This document shows, in pieces, positions 18,042-28,477 of a DNA stretch of 64,000 bases. The translations under genes were made by a program, and so were the position numbers. The stretch lies in NCBI GenBank assembly GCA_977020255.1, contig CDROCS010001622.1, forward strand, positions 1 through 64,000, in the 5' to 3' direction. This stretch comes from Obrimoposthia wandeli (Eukaryota). The stretch's first letter is position 1. Each line of letters opens with the position of its first letter. The notes under the pieces are model-generated. The model worked only from the letters and a program-made list of their open reading frames with translations, had not been told where the DNA came from and ran no database searches.

Positions 18042-19019
18042 TTAATTTTTTAAAGCCATTTCAATGGCATTGTGAAAAAGTTCTTCTAAAGTAATTCCGG
18101 CCGCTTCAGCTTGTTGAGGTACTAAACTTTTATTTGTTAATCCAGGTACTGTATTTACTTCTAAAAAGTAAGGTTCATCATTTACCAAAATATATTCAGA
18201 TCTGGTAAAACCACTCATATTTAATTTTTTATAAACTTGAGTTGCCACTTTTTCTAATTTTTGATGAATTTCTTTTGATATTCGTGCTGGAGTAATTTCT
18301 TCAGACTGGCCTAAGTATTTAGCTTCATAATCAAAAAAATCATTGTCAGTTACAATTTCTGTCATTGGTAAAACTTTAGTTTTTCCTTTGTAATTTAATA
18401 CTCCAATAGTAATTTCTGGGCCATCTAAAAATTCTTCAATTAAAATTTCTGAATCTTCTTTGTAAGCTTTTTCAATAGCGGGAAGCATTTCTGCTTTAGT
18501 TTTAACCTTTGTAATTCCAAAACTTGAACCAGCATTATTTGGTTTTACAAAACAAGGTAAGCCAACTTTTTTAATTATAGTTTCAATATTTAAGGTGTCT
18601 CCTTTATCTAAATAATAAGATGTTGCTGTTTTAACACCAAATTCTTTAACAACACTTAAACAGTCTCGTTTATTAAATGTTAGTGCCATTTGATAAAAAG
18701 GAGCAGATGTATGTTTAATGTTAAGTAATTCTAAATAGGCTAATATTGTTCCGTTTTCACCAGGATTTCCGTGAATTGCATTAAAAACACAATCAAAATT
18801 TATTTTTTGATTATTAATTGTTGCAGAAAAATCTTGTTTAATAATCGTATATTCTTTCTTGTCATTATCAACAACAACCCATTTGTTTTTTAGGATATGT
18901 ACGTTGTAAACATTGTATATTTCTTTGGAAATGTTTTCATAAACAACAGCACCACTCTTCAATGAAATTTCAACTTCCGAAGAATAACCACCCATTATTA
19001 TGGCAATATTTTTTTTCAT
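18042..19019 (-). CDS. ddl: D-alanine--D-alanine ligase
   Basis: GGYSSEVEISLKSG, HGNPGENG, VKPNNAGSSFG, YEAKY, LEVNTVPG. Confidence 0.95.
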   Translation of the reverse strand: MKKNIAIIMGGYSSEVEISLKSGAVVYENISKEIYNVYNVHILKNKWVVVDNDKKEYTIIKQDFSATINNQKINFDCVFNAIHGNPGENGTILAYLELLNIKHTSAPFYQMALTFNKRDCLSVVKEFGVKTATSYYLDKGDTLNIETIIKKVGLPCFVKPNNAGSSFGITKVKTKAEMLPAIEKAYKEDSEILIEEFLDGPEITIGVLNYKGKTKVLPMTEIVTDNDFFDYEAKYLGQSEEITPARISKEIHQKLEKVATQVYKKLNMSGFTRSEYILVNDEPYFLEVNTVPGLTNKSLVPQQAEAAGITLEELFHNAIEMALKN

Positions 19020-19041
19020 TTTTTGTTTAATCGTTTAACTA

Positions 19042-19049
19042 CAAACTTA
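19042..19049 (-). promoter_or_regulatory. Sigma-A -7 element (TAAGTTTG) for the ddl-coaD-M14 operon
   Basis: caaactta on the + strand, 22 nt upstream of the ddl ATG. Confidence 0.6.
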
Positions 19050-19211
19050 CATAAAATCTATAATTAAATTGATTGATTAAAGTTGAAATGAATAATTGTT
19101 GAAAATAACTTTAATCATTATAAAAAATTTAAAAATTTAATTATTGTAGAATGTTTCATTTTAATAATTGAAACAATAAATTGGTTATTTGTTAGTTGGT
19201 ATTTATAAAGT

Positions 19212-19219
19212 ATCTTTGT
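19212..19219 (+). promoter_or_regulatory. Sigma-A -7 element (TATCTTTG) for the PASTA-rluD operon
   Basis: Exact consensus match; lies inside the track ORF extension, supporting the true start at ATG 19241. Confidence 0.55.
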
Positions 19220-19240
19220 CAAAAATTAAAAAATTGGAGT

Positions 19241-19831
19241 ATGAGTCTTATAAAATTTGTTACATCTAAAACTTTTTTAAAACAACTAATTTTTGCAGTT
19301 GTTGGTCTTGTTATATTTGTATTTATAATTATGAAATGGCTTAATATTTCTACAAATCACAGTCAGAAAATTGAAGTGCCAAATATGCAAAAAATGAGTT
19401 TAGAAAATGTTGAAAAAACATTGAAGGAGCTTGACTTAAATTTTGTGATTTTGGATTCGGCAAGTTACAATCCAAATTATCCTAGTAAGGCAGTTATAGA
19501 ACAAACTCCTGAAGCTGGAGATTTTGTTAAAGAAGGTAGAAAGATTTATTTAACATTGAATCCTACAACATACGCAGATGTAATAATTCCAAATTTATTT
19601 GGAAGAACAAAAAGACAAGCTACCTCGCAATTAATTGCCATTGGATTTAGATTAAATTCTAAACCAGTTTATGTTTCAGACATTGCTAAAGATGTAGTGC
19701 GTGGTTTAAAGTTTAAAGGAAAAGAATTAAAAGAAGGAGATAAAATACCGAAAAACTCTATTATAACATTAAAATTAGGAGACGGAAGAGGTAGTGGTCA
19801 ATACAAACAAAATAAAGAAGAAGTAAACTAA
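19241..19831 (+). CDS. PASTA domain-containing membrane protein
   Basis: N-terminal TM helix, two PASTA-like units (EVPNM...EQTPEAG; IIPNLFG); start reassigned from TTG 19196. Confidence 0.85.
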   Translation: MSLIKFVTSKTFLKQLIFAVVGLVIFVFIIMKWLNISTNHSQKIEVPNMQKMSLENVEKTLKELDLNFVILDSASYNPNYPSKAVIEQTPEAGDFVKEGRKIYLTLNPTTYADVIIPNLFGRTKRQATSQLIAIGFRLNSKPVYVSDIAKDVVRGLKFKGKELKEGDKIPKNSIITLKLGDGRGSGQYKQNKEEVN

Positions 19832-20856
19832 TGAGTGTTGAAGAGATAGAGATAGAAAAAGAAGAGTTTTACGAACATTTTAGATATGTTGCTCATGATG
19901 GACAAGAACCATTGCGAGTTGATAAATTTTTAATGAATTTTGTTGAAAATACGACAAGAAACAAAGTGCAACAAGCAGCAAAAGCTGGCAATGTTTTGGT
20001 AAATGAGATTCCTGTAAAATCAAATTACAAGGTGAAACCAAAAGATATAGTACGTGTTGTTTTAGCACATCCACCTCATGAAAATTTATTGGTTGCAGAA
20101 GATATTCCTTTAGATATTTTATTTGAAGATGATGAAGTAATGGTTGTAAACAAACCAGCAGGTATGGTTGTACATCCAGGTCATGGTAATTATAGTGGTA
20201 CTTTGGTTAATGGTTTAATCCATCATATTGAAAACTTACCTACGAATTCAAACGAGCGCCCAGGATTGGTTCATCGTATAGATAAAGATACAAGTGGTTT
20301 ATTAGTTGTTGCGAAAAGTGAATTTGCAATGGCGCATTTGTCTAAGCAATTTTTTAATAGATCTACTGAACGTTTGTATTTTGCCCTTGTTTGGGGAAAT
20401 GTAGCTGAAGATGAAGGAACAATTGAAGGCCATATAGGAAGAAGTTTAAAAAACAGACTTCAAATGAGTGTTTTTCCAGAAGGAGATTTTGGAAAACCGG
20501 CAATTACACACTACAAAGTTTTAGAAAGATTTAGTTATGTAACCTTGGTTCAATGTAAATTAGAAACAGGAAGAACTCATCAAATTAGAGCGCATTTTAA
20601 ACATATTGGACATACTTTATTTAACGATGAAAGATATGGTGGAAATGATATTTTAAAAGGAACTACTTTTACAAAATATAAGCAATTTGTAGATAACTGT
20701 TTTAAGGTTTTACCAAGACAAGCTTTACACGCTAAAACATTAGGTTTTGAACATCCAACTACTAATGAGTTTAAGCAGTTTAATTCAGAAATGCCTCAGG
20801 ATATGGTAGATTGTATAGGGAAATGGAGATCCTATACCGTAAATCAAAAAGCTTAA
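19831..20856 (+). CDS. rluD: RluA/RluD family 23S rRNA pseudouridine synthase
   Basis: S4 domain RVDKFL, VNKPAGMVVHP, HRIDKDTSG, TGRTHQIR, QALHA. Confidence 0.92.
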   Translation: MSVEEIEIEKEEFYEHFRYVAHDGQEPLRVDKFLMNFVENTTRNKVQQAAKAGNVLVNEIPVKSNYKVKPKDIVRVVLAHPPHENLLVAEDIPLDILFEDDEVMVVNKPAGMVVHPGHGNYSGTLVNGLIHHIENLPTNSNERPGLVHRIDKDTSGLLVVAKSEFAMAHLSKQFFNRSTERLYFALVWGNVAEDEGTIEGHIGRSLKNRLQMSVFPEGDFGKPAITHYKVLERFSYVTLVQCKLETGRTHQIRAHFKHIGHTLFNDERYGGNDILKGTTFTKYKQFVDNCFKVLPRQALHAKTLGFEHPTTNEFKQFNSEMPQDMVDCIGKWRSYTVNQKA

Positions 20857-20989
20857 AGAACATATTTTTTAATTTCAAATTAATTTATTGTTATAAAATT
20901 TAGCGCATAGTTTTTAGTTATTTTTAAATCAAATGTTACTATTTAGCTTGGTAAGCTTTTAGATTTATTTGTAGTAAATTTACTATCAG

Positions 20990-21643
20990 ATGAAAATAAA
21001 AGAGCTTACACTATTTACAAGTAAATTAGATCAGCAAATAGATTTTTATACGACAATTTTAGAGCTTCCTATTGTAAATTCTACTCCTGAGAGTACGAGT
21101 ATAAAAATGGGGAACTCAATTTTAACTTTGGCGTATAAAAAAAACGCAGTTCCATTTCATTTTGCCATCAATATTCCATCAAATAAAGAAAAGGAAGCGT
21201 TGTATTGGTTAAAAGAACGAGTTGATATTTTAACTTTTGATAATCAGGAAATAATTGATTTTTCAAATTGGAATGCAAAAGCAATATACTTTTATGACTT
21301 GGATAATAATATTGTAGAGTTTATAGCTAGAAAAAATTTAAATATAGATTCTGATGAAAATTTTTCATCAAAATCAGTACTAAATATTAGTGAGGTTGGG
21401 TTTGTAACTAACCAAATTAAGGAAGATTTTAATAAATTAAATGCACTAAAAGCAATTGATGTTTATAGTGGTGATTTTGAACGATTTTGTGCAATAGGGG
21501 ATGAGGAAGGTTTATTTATTTTGGTAAACAATGAATTAAAAAAATGGTTTCCAACAGGCGATTTAATTCAGCAGTCCGACTTTATAATTAGAGGTGATTT
21601 TAATTTTAAATATTTCAATGGACAAATAATTGAAATAAGTTAA
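20990..21643 (+). CDS. VOC / glyoxalase family protein
   Basis: FYTTILEL, PFHFAINIP, YFYDLDNNIVEFIAR. Confidence 0.8.
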   Translation: MKIKELTLFTSKLDQQIDFYTTILELPIVNSTPESTSIKMGNSILTLAYKKNAVPFHFAINIPSNKEKEALYWLKERVDILTFDNQEIIDFSNWNAKAIYFYDLDNNIVEFIARKNLNIDSDENFSSKSVLNISEVGFVTNQIKEDFNKLNALKAIDVYSGDFERFCAIGDEEGLFILVNNELKKWFPTGDLIQQSDFIIRGDFNFKYFNGQIIEIS

Positions 21644-21671
21644 TTTTGTTTAAAAGTAGAATAAAGAATAT

Positions 21672-22430
21672 ATGAAAATAGTAATATCCCCGGCAAAATC
21701 ATTAGATTTTGAAACAGCAGTTCCTACAACTGAATTTACTCAAGGAAAGTTTTTATCAGAAGCAGAAAAATTGAACACTGTTTTAAAGAAAAAAACACCT
21801 AAAAAACTTTCAGCTTTAATGAGTATTTCCCCAAATTTAGGTGAATTAAATTGGGAACGTAATCAGGATTGGACTTTGCCATTTACTACTGAAAATTCAA
21901 AACAAGCAGTTTTTGCTTTTAAAGGAGAAGTTTACATTGGGTTGGATGCATATTCATTGTCTTCAGATAAAATTGAACAACTTCAAAATAAATTAAGAAT
22001 ACTATCAGGTCAGTATGGTTTATTAAAACCACTTGATTTAATGCAGCCGTATCGTTTAGAGATGGGAACAAAGTTAAAAATTGGTAGAAAGGATAACTTA
22101 TATCAATATTGGGATAAAAAAATTACTAATGAATTAAATGAAGAATTAGAAAGTGATGAGGTCTTTGTTAATTTAGCAAGTAACGAATATTTTAAAGTTG
22201 TAAAACCAAAATTATTAAATGTTCCAGTTATTACACCTGTATTTAAAGATTACAAGGATGGCAAGCTAAAAATGATTAGTTTTTTTGCAAAAAAGGCTAG
22301 AGGTTTAATGGTACGTTATATTATTGATAATAATATTGAACACTCTGAAGGTTTAAAAGGTTTTAATTATGAAGGTTATGCTTTTGATGCTAATCTTTCT
22401 AGTGAAAATGAATTCGTTTTTACTAGATAA
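21672..22430 (+). CDS. yaaA: Peroxide stress protein YaaA (DUF328)
   Basis: ISPAKSLD, ILSGQYGLLKPLDLMQPYRLEMG, NLASNEY, AKKARG. Confidence 0.95.
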   Translation: MKIVISPAKSLDFETAVPTTEFTQGKFLSEAEKLNTVLKKKTPKKLSALMSISPNLGELNWERNQDWTLPFTTENSKQAVFAFKGEVYIGLDAYSLSSDKIEQLQNKLRILSGQYGLLKPLDLMQPYRLEMGTKLKIGRKDNLYQYWDKKITNELNEELESDEVFVNLASNEYFKVVKPKLLNVPVITPVFKDYKDGKLKMISFFAKKARGLMVRYIIDNNIEHSEGLKGFNYEGYAFDANLSSENEFVFTR

Positions 22431-22441
22431 TTTTAAAATGA

Positions 22442-22496
22442 AATATAATTAACCAAAAACAACCGCAATTTGCGGTTGTTTTTGGTTAATTATATT
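22442..22496. terminator. Bidirectional terminator / 27-bp perfect inverted repeat with 1-nt spacer
   Basis: aatataattaaccaaaaacaaccgcaa-t-ttgcggttgtttttggttaattatatt between convergent genes. Confidence 0.85.
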
Positions 22497-22506
22497 GGTG
22501 ATTTTT

Positions 22507-22842
22507 TTAGTATTTAGATTCTTGTCCTAATTCTTTTACTAATAAATAATATACAATTGCTCTATATTTATTTCTGTTAGATTTTCCAACTTTTTCAATA
22601 ACAGCATCAATAGCGTTATCTAATTTAGGACCATCAGAAAGACCTAATTTTTTTAATAAGAAGTTTTTTCTAACTGTTTCAAGTTCTTTTTTATCAGAAC
22701 CAGATACTGTTTCAGCATCAGCTTTGTAAATAGAAGGACCCAATCCTTTTGTTACTTTAGTTAATAAATCAGTATCAAATTTAAGACCTAATTTTTTCAT
22801 TTCACCTTGATAAAGTGCTATTTTTTCATCGAATTTACTCAT
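22507..22842 (-). CDS. DUF2853 family protein
   Basis: VTKGLGPSIY, DAETVS, ELETVRKNFLLKKLGL, NKYRAIVYYLL. Confidence 0.88.
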   Translation of the reverse strand: MSKFDEKIALYQGEMKKLGLKFDTDLLTKVTKGLGPSIYKADAETVSGSDKKELETVRKNFLLKKLGLSDGPKLDNAIDAVIEKVGKSNRNKYRAIVYYLLVKELGQESKY

Positions 22843-22922
22843 GAGTAACGAATTTTTTATAATTATTAATTAGTATTCTTTAATCAAATATAAAAAATAA
22901 AAGTTGTTTAAACGACTTTATA

Positions 22923-24347
22923 TTAACAATCTGAAATATTTACACTCACAGCTAATCCACCTTCTGAAGTCTCTTTGTATTTGGAATTCATATCTTTAGC
23001 TGTTTCCCACATACTAGCGATAACTTTATCTAAAGGAACTTTGGTATCATGTGAGTCAGATTCTAAAGCTAATTCGGCAGCGTTTATTGCTTTAATTGCA
23101 CCCATTGCATTTCTTTCAATGCACGGTACTTGTACCAAGCCAGCAATAGGATCACAAGTCAAGCCTAAATGATGTTCCATGGCAATTTCACTTGCAATTA
23201 AAACTTGTTCAGGTGTTCCTCCTAATAGTTCTGTTAATGCGCCAGCAGCCATTGCAGATGATACTCCAATCTCTGCCTGGCATCCACCCATAGCAGCAGA
23301 TATTGTTGCTCCTTTTTTAAAGATACTTCCAATTTCACCAGCAACAAGTAAAAATTGTTTAATGTGATTAAAATTAGCTTTGTGATTTTCAATAACTAAA
23401 TAATACATTAACACTGCAGGTATAACACCCGCACTTCCATTTGTTGGGGCTGTAACAACTCTTCCTAATGAAGCGTTCACTTCGTTAACACTTAAAGCAA
23501 AACAACTAACCCATTTGAGTATTTGTCTAAATTTCACTTCAGTTTTTCTAATTGCTTGAAGCCAATCACAAGGAGCATTATAATTTGAAGTATCTAATAA
23601 GTTTTTATGAATATTGTAAGCTCTTCTTTTTACATTTAAGCCTCCCGGTAATATTCCTTCAGTATGGCAACCGGTATACATGCATTCTAACATGGTATCC
23701 CAAATTCTACCAATTTCAAAATCTATTTCAGTTTCTGTTCTAAGAGATTTTTCATTTTCAAAAACAAGTTCAGAGATTTTTAACTGTTCTCTATTACAGG
23801 CTTCTTCTAATTCTTTAGCTTTTTGAATTGGAAAAGGAAAGGTTTTATGAATTTCTATATTTTCTTTGGCATTTTTCAATTCTTCTCTAACAACAAAACC
23901 ACCACCAATAGAATAATAGGTGTCAGATGAAATTTCAACATCATTATTATAAGCGATAAATTTTATACCATTTGCATGAAAAGGTAAAAAATCCTTATTA
24001 AAAATAATATCTAGTTCTGGATTAAAAGATATCAAGTTACTTCCACCAAATTTTATTTTTTTAGTAGTTGTAATATTAGCCACTAAAGGTGTAATCTCAT
24101 TTGTAGGAATATATTCAGGGTCACTTCCAGCTAATCCTAAAATAACAGCCAAATCTGTTGCGTGTCCTTTTCCCGTTAATGATAAAGAACCATACAAATT
24201 AACTTTTATAGAAGTAACATTGTTAAATGTGTTTTCTTTTTTTAAATGGTTTATCCATCTTTCAGCTGCGCGCCAAGGTCCTAAGGTATGTGAACTTGAT
24301 GGTCCAATACCAATTTTTAGCATATCAAAAACAGAAATACATTCCAT
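22923..24347 (-). CDS. sdaA: L-serine ammonia-lyase, iron-sulfur dependent, single chain
   Basis: [54 protein letters not shown]. Confidence 0.95.
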   Translation of the reverse strand: MECISVFDMLKIGIGPSSSHTLGPWRAAERWINHLKKENTFNNVTSIKVNLYGSLSLTGKGHATDLAVILGLAGSDPEYIPTNEITPLVANITTTKKIKFGGSNLISFNPELDIIFNKDFLPFHANGIKFIAYNNDVEISSDTYYSIGGGFVVREELKNAKENIEIHKTFPFPIQKAKELEEACNREQLKISELVFENEKSLRTETEIDFEIGRIWDTMLECMYTGCHTEGILPGGLNVKRRAYNIHKNLLDTSNYNAPCDWLQAIRKTEVKFRQILKWVSCFALSVNEVNASLGRVVTAPTNGSAGVIPAVLMYYLVIENHKANFNHIKQFLLVAGEIGSIFKKGATISAAMGGCQAEIGVSSAMAAGALTELLGGTPEQVLIASEIAMEHHLGLTCDPIAGLVQVPCIERNAMGAIKAINAAELALESDSHDTKVPLDKVIASMWETAKDMNSKYKETSEGGLAVSVNISDC

Positions 24348-24372
24348 ATTAGTTATCGTTTTTTTAAGGCTG

Positions 24373-24380
24373 CAAATGTA
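24373..24380 (-). promoter_or_regulatory. Sigma-A -7 element (TACATTTG) for sdaA
   Basis: caaatgta on the + strand, 25 nt upstream of ATG. Confidence 0.6.
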
Positions 24381-24487
24381 TGTTATTGTAGTTTATGAGT
24401 GACATTTTTAAAGAAATAATACGAAGTAAAATGACAATTCTACAAGAGTATAATATAAATTATGACAACTTGACATAATTTTTTTAA

Positions 24488-24503
24488 TGGCATAATCATT
24501 GAC
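24488..24503 (+). promoter_or_regulatory. Possible sigma-54-like -24/-12 promoter upstream of dnaK
   Basis: TGGCA-TAATCA-TTGAC has canonical spacing, but TTGA replaces TTGC. Confidence 0.35.
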
Positions 24504-24556
24504 TAATTCAAGTTGTAAGTTTAAAAATTAAGAACAAAAAAATAAATATTATAGTT

Positions 24557-26467
24557 ATGAGTAAAATTATAGGAATAGATTTAGGAACAACCAACTCATG
24601 TGTTTCTGTAATGGAAGGAAATGAGCCTGTTGTAATCCCTAATGCTGAAGGAAAAAGAACAACACCTTCTATTGTTGCATTTATTGAAGGAGGAGAAAGA
24701 AAAGTTGGTGATCCTGCAAAACGTCAAGCGGTTACTAACCCATTAAAAACGATTTATTCAATTAAACGTTTTATGGGTAATAAGTATTCTGAGTCTAAAA
24801 TGGAAGCAGAACGTGTACCATATAAAGTAGTAAAAGGAGATAACGACACACCACGTGTTGATATTGACGGAAGATTATATACTCCTCAAGAAATTTCTGC
24901 AATGATTCTTCAAAAAATGAAGAAAACTGCTGAAGATTATTTAGGAACTGAAGTTGCTGAAGCAGTTGTAACTGTACCAGCATATTTTAACGATGCACAA
25001 CGTCAAGCTACTAAAGAAGCTGGTGAAATTGCAGGTTTAAAAGTAAGCCGTATTATTAATGAGCCAACTGCGGCTGCATTAGCTTACGGAATGGATAAAA
25101 AAGGTATAGACCAAAAAATAGTTGTATTTGACTTTGGTGGTGGAACACATGATGTATCTATTCTTGAATTAGGAGATGGTGTATTTGAAGTACTTTCAAC
25201 TGATGGAGATACGCACTTAGGTGGTGATGATGTTGATCAAAAAATTATTGACTGGTTAGCTGAAGAATTTAAAGCTGAAGAATCAATGGATTTAAGAAAA
25301 GATCCAATGGCTTTACAACGTTTAAAAGAAGCTGCTGAAAAAGCGAAGATTGAATTATCATCTTCAGCTTCAACAGAAATTAATTTACCATATGTTACGG
25401 CTACAGCAAGTGGACCAAAACATTTAGTACGTACTTTATCAAAAGCTAAATTTGAGCAATTAATTGACGATTTAGTAAAAAGAACTATTGAGCCTTGTAA
25501 AACAGCTTTAAATGCAGCTGGTTTATCAACTGGAGATATTGATGAAATTATCTTAGTAGGTGGTTCAACTCGTATTCCTGCTGTTGTAGAAGCTGTTGAA
25601 AAATTCTTCGGAAAAACGCCTTCAAAAGGTGTTAACCCAGATGAGGTTGTTGCAATTGGAGCAGCTATTCAAGGTGGTGTATTAACAGGAGATGTTAAAG
25701 ATGTATTATTATTAGATGTTACTCCACTTTCATTAGGTATTGAAACTATGGGGAATGTAATGACTAAGTTGATTGATGCTAACACAACAATTCCAACTAA
25801 AAAGTCACAAGTATTCTCAACTGCAGCTGATAATCAGCCTTCAGTAGAAATTCACGTATTACAAGGTGAGCGTGCAATGGCTGCAGATAATAAAACTATT
25901 GGTCGTTTCCATTTAGATGGACTTCCACCAGCACAAAGAGGTACTCCACAAATTGAAGTAACTTTTGATATTGATGCGAATGGTATTATTAAAGTTTCTG
26001 CTACAGATAAAGCGACTAATAAAACACAAGATATTAGAATTGAAGCTTCTTCTGGTTTAACTGATGAAGATATTCAAAAAATGAAAGCTGATGCTGAAGC
26101 AAATGCTGATGCAGATAAAAATGCTAAAGAAACTGCTGAAAAAATTAATGGAGCTGACTCTATGATTTTTCAAACAGAAAAGCAATTAAAAGAATTTGGT
26201 GAAAAATTATCAGCTGATAAAAAAGATCCAATTGAAGCTGCATTAGTTGAATTAAAAGCTGCTCACGAATCTAAAGACCTTGCACAAATTGATGCTGCAA
26301 TGGAAAAGATTAATGAAGCTTGGAAAGTAGCAAGTGAAGAAATGTACAAAGCTGAACAAGAAGGTCAAGCACAAGGAGCTCCAACTGGAGATGCAGGTGA
26401 ACAACCTAAAGCTGAAAGTGATGATGTTGAAGACGTAGACTTTGAAGAAGTAAAAGAAGATAAATAA
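24557..26467 (+). CDS. dnaK: Molecular chaperone DnaK
   Basis: [38 protein letters not shown]-terminal VEDVDFEEV. Confidence 0.99.
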   Translation: MSKIIGIDLGTTNSCVSVMEGNEPVVIPNAEGKRTTPSIVAFIEGGERKVGDPAKRQAVTNPLKTIYSIKRFMGNKYSESKMEAERVPYKVVKGDNDTPRVDIDGRLYTPQEISAMILQKMKKTAEDYLGTEVAEAVVTVPAYFNDAQRQATKEAGEIAGLKVSRIINEPTAAALAYGMDKKGIDQKIVVFDFGGGTHDVSILELGDGVFEVLSTDGDTHLGGDDVDQKIIDWLAEEFKAEESMDLRKDPMALQRLKEAAEKAKIELSSSASTEINLPYVTATASGPKHLVRTLSKAKFEQLIDDLVKRTIEPCKTALNAAGLSTGDIDEIILVGGSTRIPAVVEAVEKFFGKTPSKGVNPDEVVAIGAAIQGGVLTGDVKDVLLLDVTPLSLGIETMGNVMTKLIDANTTIPTKKSQVFSTAADNQPSVEIHVLQGERAMAADNKTIGRFHLDGLPPAQRGTPQIEVTFDIDANGIIKVSATDKATNKTQDIRIEASSGLTDEDIQKMKADAEANADADKNAKETAEKINGADSMIFQTEKQLKEFGEKLSADKKDPIEAALVELKAAHESKDLAQIDAAMEKINEAWKVASEEMYKAEQEGQAQGAPTGDAGEQPKAESDDVEDVDFEEVKEDK

Positions 26468-26492
26468 TCTCTTTTATAAATAAGATTAAAAT

Positions 26493-26522
26493 AGCCTCCT
26501 AATTATTTAGGAGGCTTTTTTT
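26493..26522 (+). terminator. Intrinsic terminator of dnaK
   Basis: AGCCTCCTAA-TTAT-TTAGGAGGCT followed by a T run. Confidence 0.9.
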
Positions 26523-26537
26523 ATTTTAAGTTTTTAC

Positions 26538-26565
26538 TATGCATGCATAATAATTATTATATTTG
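26538..26565 (+). promoter_or_regulatory. Palindromic operator TATGCATGCATA plus -7 element TATATTTG
   Basis: 12-bp perfect palindrome 26538-26549; consensus -7 box 26558-26565; ATG at 26580. Confidence 0.55.
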
Positions 26566-26579
26566 AGAAAATTAGAATT

Positions 26580-27530
26580 ATGCAAACCGAAAATTTATGT
26601 AAACTTTTAGAAATTGATTACCCAATAATTCAGGCACCAATGTTTTTAGTGTCAAATACTTCTATGGTTATTGAGGCTATGAAATGTGGAATTGCAGGTT
26701 GTATACCAGCATTAAACTATAGAACACTTGATGAACTTCGAGATGCTATTCTAGAACTTAAAAAAGGAAAAGTTGAAGGTGGTTCATTTGGATTTAATTT
26801 AATAGTGAATAAATCAAATATTAAATATAAAGACCAATTAAGAGTTATTTGTGAAGAAGGTGTTGATTTTATTATAACTTCTTTAGGAAGTCCAGAAGAG
26901 ACTATTAAACAAGCTCATAAAAAGGATATAAAGGTTTTTTGCGATGTAACAGATTTAAAATTTGCTAAAAAAGTTGAAAATCTTGGAGGAGATGCAATTA
27001 TTGCTGTAAATAATTTGGCTGGAGGACATAGAGGTGATTTATCTCCTGAAGATTTGATTTCATTATTGGTTAAAAACTGTAATATTCCTGTTATTTCAGC
27101 TGGCGGTGTTGGCTGCAAGGAAGATGTTGAAACAATGTTGAAATTTGGAGCAGCAGGTGTGTCAGTTGGAAGCCCATTTATTGCGTCATTGGAAGCTGGA
27201 GTTACAAATGAATACAAACAAGCTTGTGTTGATAATGGAGCCGACGATATAATTATGACAGAACGAATTTCTGGAACTCCTTGTACTGTTATTAATACCC
27301 CTTATGTTCAAAAAATTGGGACAAAACAAACTTGGATTGAATCTGTTTTAAATAAAAATAGAAGTTTGAAGAAATGGGTTAAAATGATTCGTTTTTTAAT
27401 TGGAACCAATGCCGTAACCAATGCAGCGACAAAAGCAACGTATAAAACAGTTTGGGTCGCAGGCCCAAGTATTGAACATACTACAGCGATTTTATCAGTA
27501 AGAGAAATAGTAAATAAGTTAGTTAAATAA
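26580..27530 (+). CDS. Nitronate monooxygenase / FabK-like flavin oxidoreductase
   Basis: YPIIQAPM, AGGHRG, PVISAGGVG, VGSPFIAS. Confidence 0.85.
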   Translation: MQTENLCKLLEIDYPIIQAPMFLVSNTSMVIEAMKCGIAGCIPALNYRTLDELRDAILELKKGKVEGGSFGFNLIVNKSNIKYKDQLRVICEEGVDFIITSLGSPEETIKQAHKKDIKVFCDVTDLKFAKKVENLGGDAIIAVNNLAGGHRGDLSPEDLISLLVKNCNIPVISAGGVGCKEDVETMLKFGAAGVSVGSPFIASLEAGVTNEYKQACVDNGADDIIMTERISGTPCTVINTPYVQKIGTKQTWIESVLNKNRSLKKWVKMIRFLIGTNAVTNAATKATYKTVWVAGPSIEHTTAILSVREIVNKLVK

Positions 27531-28406
27531 ATCTTTGAGTTCTTTAAATTTAAATCCAAAACTGGAATTCTTTATTTTTTTCGATGATATTCTACTACCT
27601 TGAAGTAAAATAACGGCCATTTTTCCGAATATTAATTGAATGATAAATTCAGGGATTTTGGGTAACCAAATATTTTTATTTAAGTGTTTTGCAATTGTGA
27701 TGGTAAGCTGTTTATTTGTGATTTCTTCAGGTGAAACAGCATTGTAAATACCATTGATTTGAGAATCTTCAATTGCTTTAATATAAATATTGCATAAATC
27801 TTCTAAATGAATCCAAGGCATATATTGTTTTCCAGTACCTAAAACTGCTCCAATTCCTTTTTTTATAGGAGTAGCAATTTTTTGAAATGCTCCTCCATTT
27901 TCATCAAATACAACTCCAGTTCTTAAAATTACAGTTCTTATGTTTATTGAATTGAATTGTAAGGAGGCTTTTTCCCAGAAATTACAGATATAACTTAAAA
28001 AATCTTTACCAGATTCATCTTGTTCTGTGAAAATTTTATTCGAAGTTATTGTTCCGTAATAACCAATTCCAGATGCAGCTATAAATCCTTTCAAGTTTGG
28101 ATTTAACTCTTTTACTTTATTGTATAATAAATTAGTAGAGTTCACCCTGCTATCAAATAAAAGTTGTTTTCTTTTTTTAGTCCATCTTTTATCTGCAATG
28201 CCTGCACCAGCTAAGTGAATTATATAATTTGCTTTTAGAATTGCTTCTTCTTCAATATGATTTTCATTAACATTCCAAAGAAAGTAATTGGGATTTTGAT
28301 TTATTTTTCTACTTAATATAATAACATTAAAACCTTTATCTGTTAATTTTCGGCAAAGTTGTTTCCCTATAAAACCTGTACCACCTGTTACTAAAACTGT
28401 ATCCAT
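27519..28406 (-). CDS. TIGR01777 (YfcH-like) NAD-dependent epimerase/oxidoreductase
   Basis: VTGGTGFIG, IHLAGAGI, RTGVV, MPWIHLED, YNAVSP. Confidence 0.9.
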   Translation of the reverse strand: MDTVLVTGGTGFIGKQLCRKLTDKGFNVIILSRKINQNPNYFLWNVNENHIEEEAILKANYIIHLAGAGIADKRWTKKRKQLLFDSRVNSTNLLYNKVKELNPNLKGFIAASGIGYYGTITSNKIFTEQDESGKDFLSYICNFWEKASLQFNSINIRTVILRTGVVFDENGGAFQKIATPIKKGIGAVLGTGKQYMPWIHLEDLCNIYIKAIEDSQINGIYNAVSPEEITNKQLTITIAKHLNKNIWLPKIPEFIIQLIFGKMAVILLQGSRISSKKIKNSSFGFKFKELKDLFN

Positions 28407-28477
28407 AAAAAAATCGATTACATTGTATTGATTTACAAAGTAATCGATTTTAGATTAACTAACAATTAAAAACTATA

